Made by a program: the position numbers and the translations under genes
Shown here: in pieces, positions 53,112 through 60,986 of the stretch
Layout: the number at the start of each line of letters is the position of its first letter
Position numbering within the stretch: position 1 is the first letter of the stretch
Origin: a virus
DNA length: 62,291 bases
IMG/VR virus record: IMGVR_UViG_3300045988_160201
Reading direction: 5' to 3' (one strand)
The notes under the pieces: generated by a model
Told to the model about the DNA's origin: nothing
The model's input: only the letters and a program-made list of their open reading frames with translations
The model's database searches: none

Positions 53112-53513
53112 ATGAAACAGACAGTAGAAGCAGCAGCAAGTGAAAATATCCTATTTAATCATAGGACAGTTGACAGAACTTTGTTTGGTAAAGATTTGGC
53201 AAAATTTGGAGAGATAAATTTTATTCAAGGAGCCGAATGGCAATCCAAGCAATCTCCTTGGATAAGTGTTAAGGAACGGTTGCCTGAGCCAAATAAGCTT
53301 GTCCTTTGCAGAATGGTATCAAATGGAGCGATTGTTAGTGGCTATATCGTTGTTTCACCTGGGAGATCGCCATACGTTGCGACAGACGGAGGATTTGAAT
53401 TTGAGGATTGGAACGACTACGAGTGTGACATGTGGATGCCTATCCCTTCTTTTGATGATATACTAGAAGCCAACAAGGATGTACTTGAACGGATTAAAGA
53501 GAAAGGAGATTAA
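53112..53513 (+). CDS. DUF551-like protein
   Basis: SPWISVKERLPEPNKLVLC fits the DUF551 pattern. The start could be the ATG at 53112 or the one at 53082. Confidence 0.5.
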   Translation: MKQTVEAAASENILFNHRTVDRTLFGKDLAKFGEINFIQGAEWQSKQSPWISVKERLPEPNKLVLCRMVSNGAIVSGYIVVSPGRSPYVATDGGFEFEDWNDYECDMWMPIPSFDDILEANKDVLERIKEKGD

Positions 53514-53516
53514 AAT

Positions 53517-53711
53517 ATGCAGAACGAAATTTTTTGGAATGAAAATACTTGTTATGAGATTTATAATCCATATAGTGATATTTCTCCTTTAGAACCGTGT
53601 GATGCACCCAAAATGAAAAAATATCGCCCAAAAGATGATAGGTGTACAAACAAGCAGATTGCGAAACGCAGGAAGAAGAATAAAAACCGTAAAACGCATA
53701 GGAGAAAATAA
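53517..53711 (+). CDS. Hypothetical protein (64 aa)
   Basis: Packed ORF with a basic tail. Confidence 0.45.
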   Translation: MQNEIFWNENTCYEIYNPYSDISPLEPCDAPKMKKYRPKDDRCTNKQIAKRRKKNKNRKTHRRK

Positions 53712-53713
53712 TT

Positions 53714-53944
53714 ATGGAAGTAAAAAACGGAATAATAATTGATGGAGTGCTGCATGAAATGATTGATGCGTTCACTATAAATTTTGGTTGCAGTAAATGT
53801 TCATTGCGTAAGGAATGCGATGAGTGTGAGATGAGGCATGAAACATATCTATGCAATGTGATGGGTTGTTTCTGTTTTGTCAGTCGTGGTAAAGTAACAG
53901 ATATTAAAACAGAGAAGGAGGAACAATCATGTGTAATTCAATAG
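53714..53944 (+). CDS. Hypothetical Cys-rich protein (76 aa)
   Basis: TAATTATG junction with the previous gene. Contains CSKCSLRKECDECE. Confidence 0.45.
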   Translation: MEVKNGIIIDGVLHEMIDAFTINFGCSKCSLRKECDECEMRHETYLCNVMGCFCFVSRGKVTDIKTEKEEQSCVIQ

Positions 53945-54219
53945 AATGGGGCAGATGCGAAATATGTGGAAAAGAAACCCAGTTGGAACGTACTTATTTT
54001 TACTATCCAATTCATTGTGAATGTTGTGGCAATAAGGAAAATAGACATTTTGAAATGATAAGACATTGTAAAAAATGTCCTGCCCCTATGCCTAAAGAAA
54101 TACATCCACTATGTAAGGCAATGGACGGTAAGACTTATCATGCGAGTGTTTCCAATATGCTTCCCATTGATATTCATGGAGAGTTTATTATAAATGAGCG
54201 AATAATTAAGGAGGAATAA
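53929..54219 (+). CDS. Zinc-ribbon-like protein (96 aa)
   Basis: CEICG...CECCG...CKKC Cys pairs. Confidence 0.45.
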   Translation: MCNSIEWGRCEICGKETQLERTYFYYPIHCECCGNKENRHFEMIRHCKKCPAPMPKEIHPLCKAMDGKTYHASVSNMLPIDIHGEFIINERIIKEE

Positions 54220-54221
54220 TT

Positions 54222-54710
54222 ATGGGATTTACAACACCGTGCTTTATACGCAAAAACACACCGGAGCTTTGGAAGAAGCTGGAAGAATTGGGGTATTCCA
54301 AAGACTATCCTGAATGGACAGTTGATTGTAGTATAATATGGGCTTATCAATATCCAATAAAAGGATTTGATACTCCTAGTTATGTGATTGCGGATTCTTT
54401 TGACCTCCCTTTTGACAAACATAGTGCTTTATGTGGGAAATTTATTGATTGCGGAACAAATGAAGAACTATTCCTGGCTATCGCTGCATTGAGGGATGAT
54501 AGTAACTATATGCAGTGGTTTATAACAGATTCCATTCTTAGCGTTTCTTATGACGATTCTATTGGTAACGACCATTATTTCACAGAACCAAAAGACATTA
54601 TGTTCTTTTGGGATGAAAATTGGGATAATGCAACCATTATTTCAGGACGTTATCACAAGGCTACCGTAGACGAACTGATTGAACATTTTAAAACAAAGGA
54701 GGAACAATGA
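54222..54710 (+). CDS. Hypothetical protein (162 aa)
   Basis: TAATTATG junction. Packed ORF. Confidence 0.5.
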   Translation: MGFTTPCFIRKNTPELWKKLEELGYSKDYPEWTVDCSIIWAYQYPIKGFDTPSYVIADSFDLPFDKHSALCGKFIDCGTNEELFLAIAALRDDSNYMQWFITDSILSVSYDDSIGNDHYFTEPKDIMFFWDENWDNATIISGRYHKATVDELIEHFKTKEEQ

Positions 54711-54985
54711 AGGCAAGAGTAAAATCAACAGGGGAAATTGTAGAAATCAAGAATTTATATGATGATGGCACTGCATTGGTGAATGATAAATATTTCAAAG
54801 TATCGGAACTTGATTTCTTTAGTGAAACTATTGACTGGGAACAACGTAGGTACGAATTAGCGAAAGATATTATTAAGGCTGTTGTAGCAGATGACTGTGG
54901 GGGTAATTCTGATGCAATCGCTAAATATGCGGTTAATTGCGCTGATGCACTAATTAAAAGATTAAAGGAGGTGAATAATGAATAG
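54707..54985 (+). CDS. Hypothetical protein (92 aa)
   Basis: ATGA overlap with the previous gene. Confidence 0.5.
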   Translation: MKARVKSTGEIVEIKNLYDDGTALVNDKYFKVSELDFFSETIDWEQRRYELAKDIIKAVVADDCGGNSDAIAKYAVNCADALIKRLKEVNNE

Positions 54986-55193
54986 CGTACAGACACAAAC
55001 ACTTTCCATTAAAGGAAATGGAGGTGGTGAAGCGTATATTGACTTTTGCGATGGACAATTGTGTGTTTCTGTTGTTATAGAAGGGAAACAGGCGGATTTT
55101 AACTTTGAGCCTGTTACTCTACGAATGTTTGCCCATGCTTATAAGTTGCATTGTGAAGAGTGTGAAGAATGTGAAAAGAAGAAAGGAGAATAA
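54978..55193 (+). CDS. Hypothetical protein (71 aa)
   Basis: Packed ORF. Confidence 0.45.
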   Translation: MNSVQTQTLSIKGNGGGEAYIDFCDGQLCVSVVIEGKQADFNFEPVTLRMFAHAYKLHCEECEECEKKKGE

Positions 55194-55195
55194 CT

Positions 55196-55540
55196 ATGAA
55201 AGTGTTAAGAGATAAAACTCCTGTCGCTCGTAAAGAGCACAGGTGCAATTTTTGCGGTGGAGTAATTTCCGTTGGAGAAAAATACAACAGACAGACCAAT
55301 GTTTATGACGGTCGTGTTGATGACTGGGTATCCCACTGTGAATGTTCCAAGTTAGCCTGTGAACTTGATATGTTTGATGATTGCGATGAAGGACTTGACG
55401 ATGATGGATTTATAGATAACCTTAATCAGTATGTTTACGACAATCATTATGACGATAAAATAGATGATATTGCGAAGGATTGGCAATTACCACGTTATGA
55501 ATTAGTACAGAAAGTGTTGAATGAATTAAATAAGAAATAG
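55196..55540 (+). CDS. Hypothetical Cys/His protein (114 aa)
   Basis: ARKEHRCNFCGGVISVGEKY...SHCEC is a zinc-binding pattern common in small phage proteins. Confidence 0.5.
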   Translation: MKVLRDKTPVARKEHRCNFCGGVISVGEKYNRQTNVYDGRVDDWVSHCECSKLACELDMFDDCDEGLDDDGFIDNLNQYVYDNHYDDKIDDIAKDWQLPRYELVQKVLNELNKK

Positions 55541-55542
55541 TT

Positions 55543-55926
55543 ATGACCGAAGAACTTGTAACTTTAAAAACAGCGAAGATTCTAAAAGAGAAAGGATTTA
55601 ATGAATTTTGCAAAGATATCATTAACGATAACGGCAAGCTAATGGAAACCGTATATCGAACCAATAATGATCTTCCTAAATCATTCTATTCTTGTCCTAC
55701 TCAATCCATCGCCCAGAAATGGCTGCGTGAAATAAGAGGTGTGTATGTATATGTAGAACCTGTTATTGGAAAAAGATGGAAGCTTTCTTTTTGTGATTTC
55801 AATGTTCCAACAGAAGAAAGCGACTGGATGGAGAACGAAATAAACAAAGGGAATGGCTATAAAGTATATGTCACCTACGAGGAAGCACTGGAAGCCGGGA
55901 TACAAGAAGCATTAATGTTGATATAA
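55543..55926 (+). CDS. Hypothetical protein (127 aa)
   Basis: Last ORF of the operon. Confidence 0.5.
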   Translation: MTEELVTLKTAKILKEKGFNEFCKDIINDNGKLMETVYRTNNDLPKSFYSCPTQSIAQKWLREIRGVYVYVEPVIGKRWKLSFCDFNVPTEESDWMENEINKGNGYKVYVTYEEALEAGIQEALMLI

Positions 55927-55995
55927 AAATGACTTCTGTTATATCCTGATAAGTTGAGAATAACGAGGATATTTCTTGTTTGGTTAAATAACTGT

Positions 55996-56046
55996 AATTA
56001 AAGAGGGGGAAGGCGTTCATATTGTCTTTTTCCTCTTTAATTTTGC
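55996..56046 (+). terminator. Terminator-like hairpin (11-bp stem, large loop) plus T-run
   Basis: aattaaagagg/cctctttaatt followed by tt. Confidence 0.5.
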
Positions 56047-56092
56047 CGTGAATTAAAATATTAATCGCAATGCGATAACCAACGACAATTTA

Positions 56093-56113
56093 GGGTTTGT
56101 CAAAGGGTTTGTC
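56093..56113 (+). repeat. Two direct GGGTTTGTC repeats (integrase arm-site candidates, left arm)
   Basis: Copies at 56093-101 and 56105-113, spaced 12 bp apart. Confidence 0.5.
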
Positions 56114-56178
56114 GGCATTTTTTTTGACATGCGTGATAATTGCTTGTAAATCAGTTATAAAAAGTGATTGTACTTGTA

Positions 56179-56223
56179 GCCCTTCTAAGGCGTGGGTCTT
56201 GCGTTCGAATCGCAACGGAATCA
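56179..56223 (+). other. attP core: 3' half of a tRNA-Arg(UCU)-like gene
   Basis: Anticodon loop cttctaa (TCT at 56184-86), variable loop gggtc, T arm ttgcg-ttcgaat-cgcaa, acceptor 3' strand cggaatc plus a. No matching 5' half lies upstream. Confidence 0.65.
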
Positions 56224-56228
56224 CTTAC

Positions 56229-56286
56229 AAAACACAACTGATAACACAATATAAATTGTTGATTTTCAGTTGTGTTTTTGCTTTTT
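56229..56286 (+). terminator. 13-bp-stem hairpin plus T-run downstream of the tRNA fragment
   Basis: aaaacacaactga (56229-41) pairs with tcagttgtgtttt (56266-78), followed by tgcttttt. Confidence 0.55.
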
Positions 56287-56353
56287 ATAAGCAAGATGTC
56301 TTTCATATACGCTTTTAAAAAAAAGTGACAGAAAACCCACTGGTGAGCTATAA

Positions 56354-56377
56354 GGTTTGTCGCTAGGGTTTGTCGCT
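56354..56377 (+). repeat. Two direct GGTTTGTCGCT repeats (integrase arm-site candidates, right arm)
   Basis: Copies at 56354-64 and 56367-77, spaced 13 bp apart, 23 nt upstream of the int ATG. Confidence 0.5.
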
Positions 56378-56399
56378 GGAATTTTAAAAGTATCAAATT

Positions 56400-57608
56400 A
56401 TGGCTACCTTAAACTTAAAAATCCTCCCGAACAGACGTAAATTGTCGGGTAAACTTGGAATTTATGTATCTTTAACTTTTAAGAAGGAAGTTCGGTATAT
56501 CTCTACCGAATTCGAGGTTGATGATGAATACCAGTTTGAAAACGGAAAGGTGTGTTACCGCAAGGATGCGGCAATCATGAACAAAAGAATACAGTATGTG
56601 CTGGGTATATACCGGGAACGGATGGAAGGTCTCAATCTGAATAGGTTTTCCAACTGTGCACAGTTGAAAGAAGTGTTGATGAAGGATGGGGAGGAAGCTG
56701 AGGTGATAACGGTGCGGCAGCTCTTTGAAAGAAGAATAGAGCGTCTTGAAAAAGAAAAGAGAATCTCATACGCGGAAATGAACCGCTATACCTGCAAGGT
56801 TATCGTGTCTCTCATTGGTGATATACCTATAGATTACCTGACAAAACGTGATATCCGGGAAACGCTCTTCAAGGGGATGCAGCGCAGAGGATATGCGAAG
56901 GGGAATATACAGATGCGCATGACCCATTTCAAGGCTGCTATCAATGAAGCTATAGACGAAGGGTTGGTGAAGTATGACGAACACCCGTTCAAGGGATTTA
57001 CCATGCCGCAATCTGAACCCAAGCTGATGGACATAACCGTCACGCAGTTCCAGCGTATTCGGGACATGGTAACATCTGACAGCAAACTCATACTGGCGCG
57101 TGACCTATTCCTCCTGTCGTTCTACTTGGGTGGGATCAACCTTGCAGACCTTGTTGAGACGGATTTGTCAAGCAAGACAATGACATACGTCCGAAAAAAG
57201 AGTGCAGAACACAAGACGGGAGAAAGAACTACATCTTTGACCATACCCGATGAGGCGAAAACAATCATCAATAAATACATTCTGGGAAACAGGTTGAACT
57301 TATCGTTTTGTAACGGGTACAAGAATCTGCAACGTTATGTCAACAAATGTTTCGCAGCCTTGGCACAACATATAGGCATTCAAACTTCATTCTCTTACTA
57401 TGCCGGCAGAAAAACATTCGCACAGTTCGCTTTTATGATAGGAATAAGGACAGAGGTGGTGGAGTATTGTATAGGGCAGTCTGTGAAAAAGAACAGACCT
57501 ATTTACAATTATGTGCGAGTGATGCAGAAACAGGCTGATGCAGCAGTACGGAAAGTAATACAATATACTGTAGATCCGGAAAGCTTTGAAACTGAGAACA
57601 TCCCTTAG
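56400..57608 (+). CDS. int: Tyrosine integrase, Bacteroidetes type with an N-terminal arm-binding domain
   Basis: The N-terminus MATLNLKILPNRRKLSGKLGIYVSLTFKKEVRYISTEF is Arm-DNA-bind-like. The C-terminus has ...YVRKKS..., YYAGRKTFAQ and RPIYNYV (R-II and Tyr present). It lies adjacent to attP. Confidence 0.8.
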   Translation: MATLNLKILPNRRKLSGKLGIYVSLTFKKEVRYISTEFEVDDEYQFENGKVCYRKDAAIMNKRIQYVLGIYRERMEGLNLNRFSNCAQLKEVLMKDGEEAEVITVRQLFERRIERLEKEKRISYAEMNRYTCKVIVSLIGDIPIDYLTKRDIRETLFKGMQRRGYAKGNIQMRMTHFKAAINEAIDEGLVKYDEHPFKGFTMPQSEPKLMDITVTQFQRIRDMVTSDSKLILARDLFLLSFYLGGINLADLVETDLSSKTMTYVRKKSAEHKTGERTTSLTIPDEAKTIINKYILGNRLNLSFCNGYKNLQRYVNKCFAALAQHIGIQTSFSYYAGRKTFAQFAFMIGIRTEVVEYCIGQSVKKNRPIYNYVRVMQKQADAAVRKVIQYTVDPESFETENIP

Positions 57609-57659
57609 AGGATGCCGTTCCACTACTTTGTACACAAAGGTAATTAAGGGATATAAAAT

Positions 57660-57693
57660 AAACGGTTGCTGTCATCACTGATAGCAACCGTTT
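57660..57693. terminator. Bidirectional terminator (11-bp stem)
   Basis: aaacggttgct/agcaaccgttt, between the convergent int and repressor genes. Confidence 0.75.
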
Positions 57694-57746
57694 CAAATAA
57701 TTAGAATAACAACTTAAAAATAGCGTCTATTATAATCTCTCTATCC

Positions 57747-58364
57747 TTATTTTCTTTTTATTCTGATGGCAATGACCTTTGCTGTTTTATTCTTGCAGTA
57801 CTGGCAGCAGAATCGCTGTGCGCATGTTTCGCAATTGCGGCACATATCCAGTAGATATTGTTTTTCTTGTTTGAGTACATCAACCTTGTATTGCAGGTCT
57901 AAAATGACATTTTTTATAGTTTCTTCCATAATAAAAAAGGTATTAGAATCTAATTGGTATTTTATAGAAGAAACAACGTCGGATTCGTTATTGTTTAACC
58001 CGTAATTGACATTTTTCTTTTCTTCAATTTGCTTTTCAAGGAATTTAACTTTCTCTTTTAATAGTGATATAGTATCGTGCTGGTCATCTATTACCTTTTT
58101 ATACCAAGCTTCATCAAAATCATTTGCTTTAATAGAATCGCTAGTCTCGTTTAACATCATGGAACCTGTACCACGAAGCAACCATTCAGCACTTATCTCA
58201 GGAAAAGCGTTGAGTATGGCTTCTATTATTTCTAAACTAAGTTTGCGCTTGTTGGCAGTATAGTTGTTGAGCGTAACTTGATTCACGCCAATCTTCATTG
58301 CGAAATCTCTTTCTGATTTGGCATTTTCAGAAATCAACATTTTAATTATTTCAATTGTTTTCAT
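57747..58364 (-). CDS. CI-like repressor (HTH) with a coiled coil and a C-terminal Cys cluster
   Basis: FAMKIGVNQVTLNNYTANKRKLSLEIIEAILNAFPEISAEWLLRGTGSM carries the Phage_CI_repr WLLxGxG signature. The C-terminus is CRNCETCAQRFCCQYC. Confidence 0.75.
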   Translation of the reverse strand: MKTIEIIKMLISENAKSERDFAMKIGVNQVTLNNYTANKRKLSLEIIEAILNAFPEISAEWLLRGTGSMMLNETSDSIKANDFDEAWYKKVIDDQHDTISLLKEKVKFLEKQIEEKKNVNYGLNNNESDVVSSIKYQLDSNTFFIMEETIKNVILDLQYKVDVLKQEKQYLLDMCRNCETCAQRFCCQYCKNKTAKVIAIRIKRK

Positions 58365-58423
58365 GTTAATTCATTTGTTGTTATATTCGCACTATAATTA
58401 TTAACCCTTAAACTTGTATCGTT

Positions 58424-58768
58424 ATGAATGATTTATTTTATTACATGGATGATTTTATTTATTATTACGCATGGCTTTCAATTGTTGTAGGTATTCTGTT
58501 TATTCCTGTCAAAAGCATCTATAATGCTTTTTGTTTTTCCAAAAAGGAACATTTGGAAAGAAACCTAAACAATTACCATCCAATAAAGTCTATATTGAAA
58601 AGTTTGATTTTTCTATATTTCCTTCATCTTACAACACAAAATAAAGAAGAAATAGAGCAATTAAAACAACGGATAGATATTGTAGAGTCAACTCTATTAC
58701 TTTCTTCGGAATCCAGCCAAAAGACTGATTCAGATACTCTTTCATCCATTCCATCTTTAAATCAATAA
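58424..58768 (+). CDS. Hypothetical membrane protein (114 aa); uncertain
   Basis: Has TM segments. It overlaps the convergent ORF 58629..59024 by 140 bp, so one of the two may be spurious. Confidence 0.3.
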   Translation: MNDLFYYMDDFIYYYAWLSIVVGILFIPVKSIYNAFCFSKKEHLERNLNNYHPIKSILKSLIFLYFLHLTTQNKEEIEQLKQRIDIVESTLLLSSESSQKTDSDTLSSIPSLNQ

Positions 58769-59024
58769 GCTCTTTTTCTCCGATTTTTGTCAGAACCAGA
58801 TTCTTGTTAAGGAAGGACTTTTCTAAAGTTCTTCCTTCTTTTGTCTTAAATACGGTTCCATCATCGGTTACAGCTTTTCTATCTCTAGCCTTATATACTT
58901 CATCTGTGTAATGGGTATAATATGGCAAAAGCCGTTTGTACATTTTTCGTTCAATCCATGATAGATGCTTGCTTTTTTTCTTAACCTCTAGCAGGCAGAA
59001 CAATGAAGCCTCTTTCTTTTTCAT
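58629..59024 (-). CDS. Hypothetical protein (131 aa) divergent from the Cro-like gene
   Basis: ATG-started, basic N-terminus, hydrophobic C-terminus. It occupies the position of an immunity-region gene. Confidence 0.4.
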   Translation of the reverse strand: MKKKEASLFCLLEVKKKSKHLSWIERKMYKRLLPYYTHYTDEVYKARDRKAVTDDGTVFKTKEGRTLEKSFLNKNLVLTKIGEKELIDLKMEWMKEYLNQSFGWIPKKVIELTLQYLSVVLIALFLLYFVL

Positions 59025-59070
59025 GCGTAATAGTTAAATAATGTTTTATAAAAAACATTTGGTTATACTT

Positions 59071-59130
59071 TTTGTTGAAGTGTAAACAAATGGTGTTATA
59101 TTTGCATTGTGATTACAAATCATAATCACA
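59071..59130 (+). promoter_or_regulatory. Early promoter (TTTG -33, TATATTTG -7) with an overlapping operator palindrome
   Basis: TTTG at 59071-74 and TATATTTG at 59097-104. The inverted repeat is tgtgatta-N7-taatcaca (59108-15/59123-30). Confidence 0.5.
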
Positions 59131-59166
59131 TGAGCGATGATTAATTTTCAAATATAGATAAACGAT

Positions 59167-59376
59167 ATGGAAACAGCAAACATGAAATGTAGAATTTGGC
59201 TTCCCTATGGGAAGAAGGCTAAACTGGCTTCTTATTTCGGTGTCAGTAGTGAAACTGTGAGAAAAGCATTGGCTTTTGAATGTGGGGACAATGACTTTCA
59301 TGAGATGATACGTAAAGAGGCAATAAAGAATTATGGCGGGCAGAAAATATTTATTCCATGCAAGTATGCAGGTTAA
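59167..59376 (+). CDS. Cro-like small HTH protein (69 aa)
   Basis: KLASYFGVSSETVRKAL is an HTH. It is the first gene downstream of the promoter/operator. Confidence 0.5.
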   Translation: METANMKCRIWLPYGKKAKLASYFGVSSETVRKALAFECGDNDFHEMIRKEAIKNYGGQKIFIPCKYAG

Positions 59377-59378
59377 CC

Positions 59379-59636
59379 ATGATAACTAAAAAGGCAACAG
59401 GAGGAATGAATATGAACAGATTATCCAAGCAGTGTATAGTTTTTATAGCGGGTATGATCTCATTCCTGTATGTTCTGGGATTGGTAGGGCATCAGGATTA
59501 CATTGAGGAGATATTGTATAACATGCCTCAGGAAACTTATGATGTGATTGTACAGAAGCTGGGAAACGTGTCAAGATCGGAGATTGCTGCTGAATATGAG
59601 GCGAACAGGGCATTTTATGATAACCTTAATAAATAA
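59379..59636 (+). CDS. Small membrane protein (85 aa)
   Basis: TM segment CIVFIAGMISFLYVLGLVG. The ATG at 59379 is 2 nt after the previous stop. Confidence 0.45.
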   Translation: MITKKATGGMNMNRLSKQCIVFIAGMISFLYVLGLVGHQDYIEEILYNMPQETYDVIVQKLGNVSRSEIAAEYEANRAFYDNLNK

Positions 59637-59639
59637 ATT

Positions 59640-59879
59640 ATGAGACGTGATTTTCAAACATCAAAGGCAGAGGAAGAATTAGGGAACCTTTTTCTTGTTG
59701 CCAGGAAGAAGGGCATAACATTTACAAAGAGAGAGGCGTCCAGGTGGGTCGGAGGTCGGTATGTTCTTGAAAGGCTCGTGGCTGAGAGGAAAATACGGAT
59801 GGCAAAACCCGGGGACAGGCAGAACTCGGAATGGAAATGCAATGCGGAGGATGTGTTACGCCACGCATTCAAATATTAA
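59640..59879 (+). CDS. Small DNA-binding protein (excisionase-like HTH) candidate (79 aa)
   Basis: ITFTKREASRWVGGRYVLERLVAERKIRMAKPG...WKCNAEDVLRH resembles the Xis/HTH_17 pattern. Confidence 0.35.
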   Translation: MRRDFQTSKAEEELGNLFLVARKKGITFTKREASRWVGGRYVLERLVAERKIRMAKPGDRQNSEWKCNAEDVLRHAFKY

Positions 59880-59904
59880 GAATACACTTTAAAACCTTGA
59901 ACTT

Positions 59905-60195
59905 ATGAGTATAAAAAGAACGTATTGGACTAAACAGGAGATAGATATACTGTGTGCCATGTATTCCAACACAAAGGCTGCCTGTATACAGGATATTCTT
60001 ACGCGCCACAGCCTCAACTCAATCTATAAAAAGGCGCGTGAACTTATGCTTGATGCGTACTCGTTTCATCTTGAAGAAATACATTATATCCGTTCCATGG
60101 CACAGGATATGACGGTGAAGCAATTGTCACAGAAGATGGGATATAGCGAGCGCACTATTTACCGCCGCTTGAAAGCCATGCGTACCAATTCATAA
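59905..60195 (+). CDS. Hypothetical HTH/Myb-like protein (96 aa)
   Basis: WTKQEIDILCAMY... and the C-terminal LSQKMGYSERTIYRRLK form an HTH. Confidence 0.45.
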   Translation: MSIKRTYWTKQEIDILCAMYSNTKAACIQDILTRHSLNSIYKKARELMLDAYSFHLEEIHYIRSMAQDMTVKQLSQKMGYSERTIYRRLKAMRTNS

Positions 60196-60206
60196 ATAGT
60201 TCCGTT

Positions 60207-60671
60207 ATGAGCAAATCACCTGAACATGATTTACAGACCCGGTGTGTGATCTGGTTTCATTACCGATTTCCACATCTGAAACCTTTGTTCTTTTCCGTTC
60301 CCAACGGAGGATATAGAAAGAAGGCTGAGGCAGCGCGTCTTAAGGCGGAAGGTGCTAATGCCGGAGTGTCTGACCTTATATTGCAGCTGCCTGCCGGAAA
60401 ATGGTCAAGCCTCAACATTGAGATGAAGGCAGGTTCTTCACAAAGGGAAGAACAGAAAGTATATCAGACATGCGTGCAGGTATCTGGAGGACGCTACGAA
60501 TTATGCCGTTCCTACGAACAGTTTGTTGATCTGGTTACCGAATATATATCGCAAGTTGATGGACGGGTACTGGAACGGCTTCGTCAGATACATCTTGAAC
60601 GCGAGGAGGAGGAAAAGCAGAAAATACGTAAGCAATATCAAAAAAGAATAAGTAAAACATTAAAACCATAA
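60207..60671 (+). CDS. VRR-NUC domain nuclease
   Basis: PD-(D/E)XK elements GVSDLIL and LNIEMK, preceded by VPNGGYR. Confidence 0.75.
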   Translation: MSKSPEHDLQTRCVIWFHYRFPHLKPLFFSVPNGGYRKKAEAARLKAEGANAGVSDLILQLPAGKWSSLNIEMKAGSSQREEQKVYQTCVQVSGGRYELCRSYEQFVDLVTEYISQVDGRVLERLRQIHLEREEEEKQKIRKQYQKRISKTLKP

Positions 60672-60674
60672 ATC

Positions 60675-60962
60675 ATGATTGTAGAAGCAACAGGAAAGGT
60701 CATGCAGGTTCTTTCAAAAATAGAAGGGGTCAGCGCGAAGACCGGAAAGGCATGGGAGAAATACACATATCTTATAGAGCAGTCGGGTATGCGCCCTACT
60801 TCTCTAGTGGTTTCAGTATTTAACTATGGGGAACACGTAGGAGAGCTCCTTAATATGGGGGATACTGTAAGAATGTCTCTTCGCATAGAGGCGCATTTTG
60901 TAAAGGATGGACAGAAATGGTATAATGAGGTTACGGCTTTCAATATTGTATCTTTCCGTTAA
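60675..60962 (+). CDS. DUF3127-like OB-fold (ssDNA-binding-like) protein
   Basis: GKVMQVLSKIEGVSAKTGKAWEKYTYLIEQ...WYNEVTAFNIV matches the DUF3127 pattern common in Bacteroidota. Confidence 0.7.
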   Translation: MIVEATGKVMQVLSKIEGVSAKTGKAWEKYTYLIEQSGMRPTSLVVSVFNYGEHVGELLNMGDTVRMSLRIEAHFVKDGQKWYNEVTAFNIVSFR

Positions 60963-60986
60963 AGTTAAAATTAAAACGAAGTATTA

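Noticed and set aside
56064-56076. ATCGCAATGCGAT near attP as the same operator type as the 34.3-kb palindromes
   Set aside because: The spacer lengths differ (3, 5 and 7 nt), so a single dimeric binding protein is unlikely. It is kept only as a remark within the 34270 finding.
56097-56396. Listed ORFs 56097..56318 (+) and 56151..56396 (-), and the possibility of a complete tRNA gene
   Set aside because: The region is the attP site. Only the 3' half of a tRNA is present: no acceptor 5' strand (gattccg) or D arm lies upstream. The ORFs span the tRNA fragment, hairpin and arm repeats and have no coding features.
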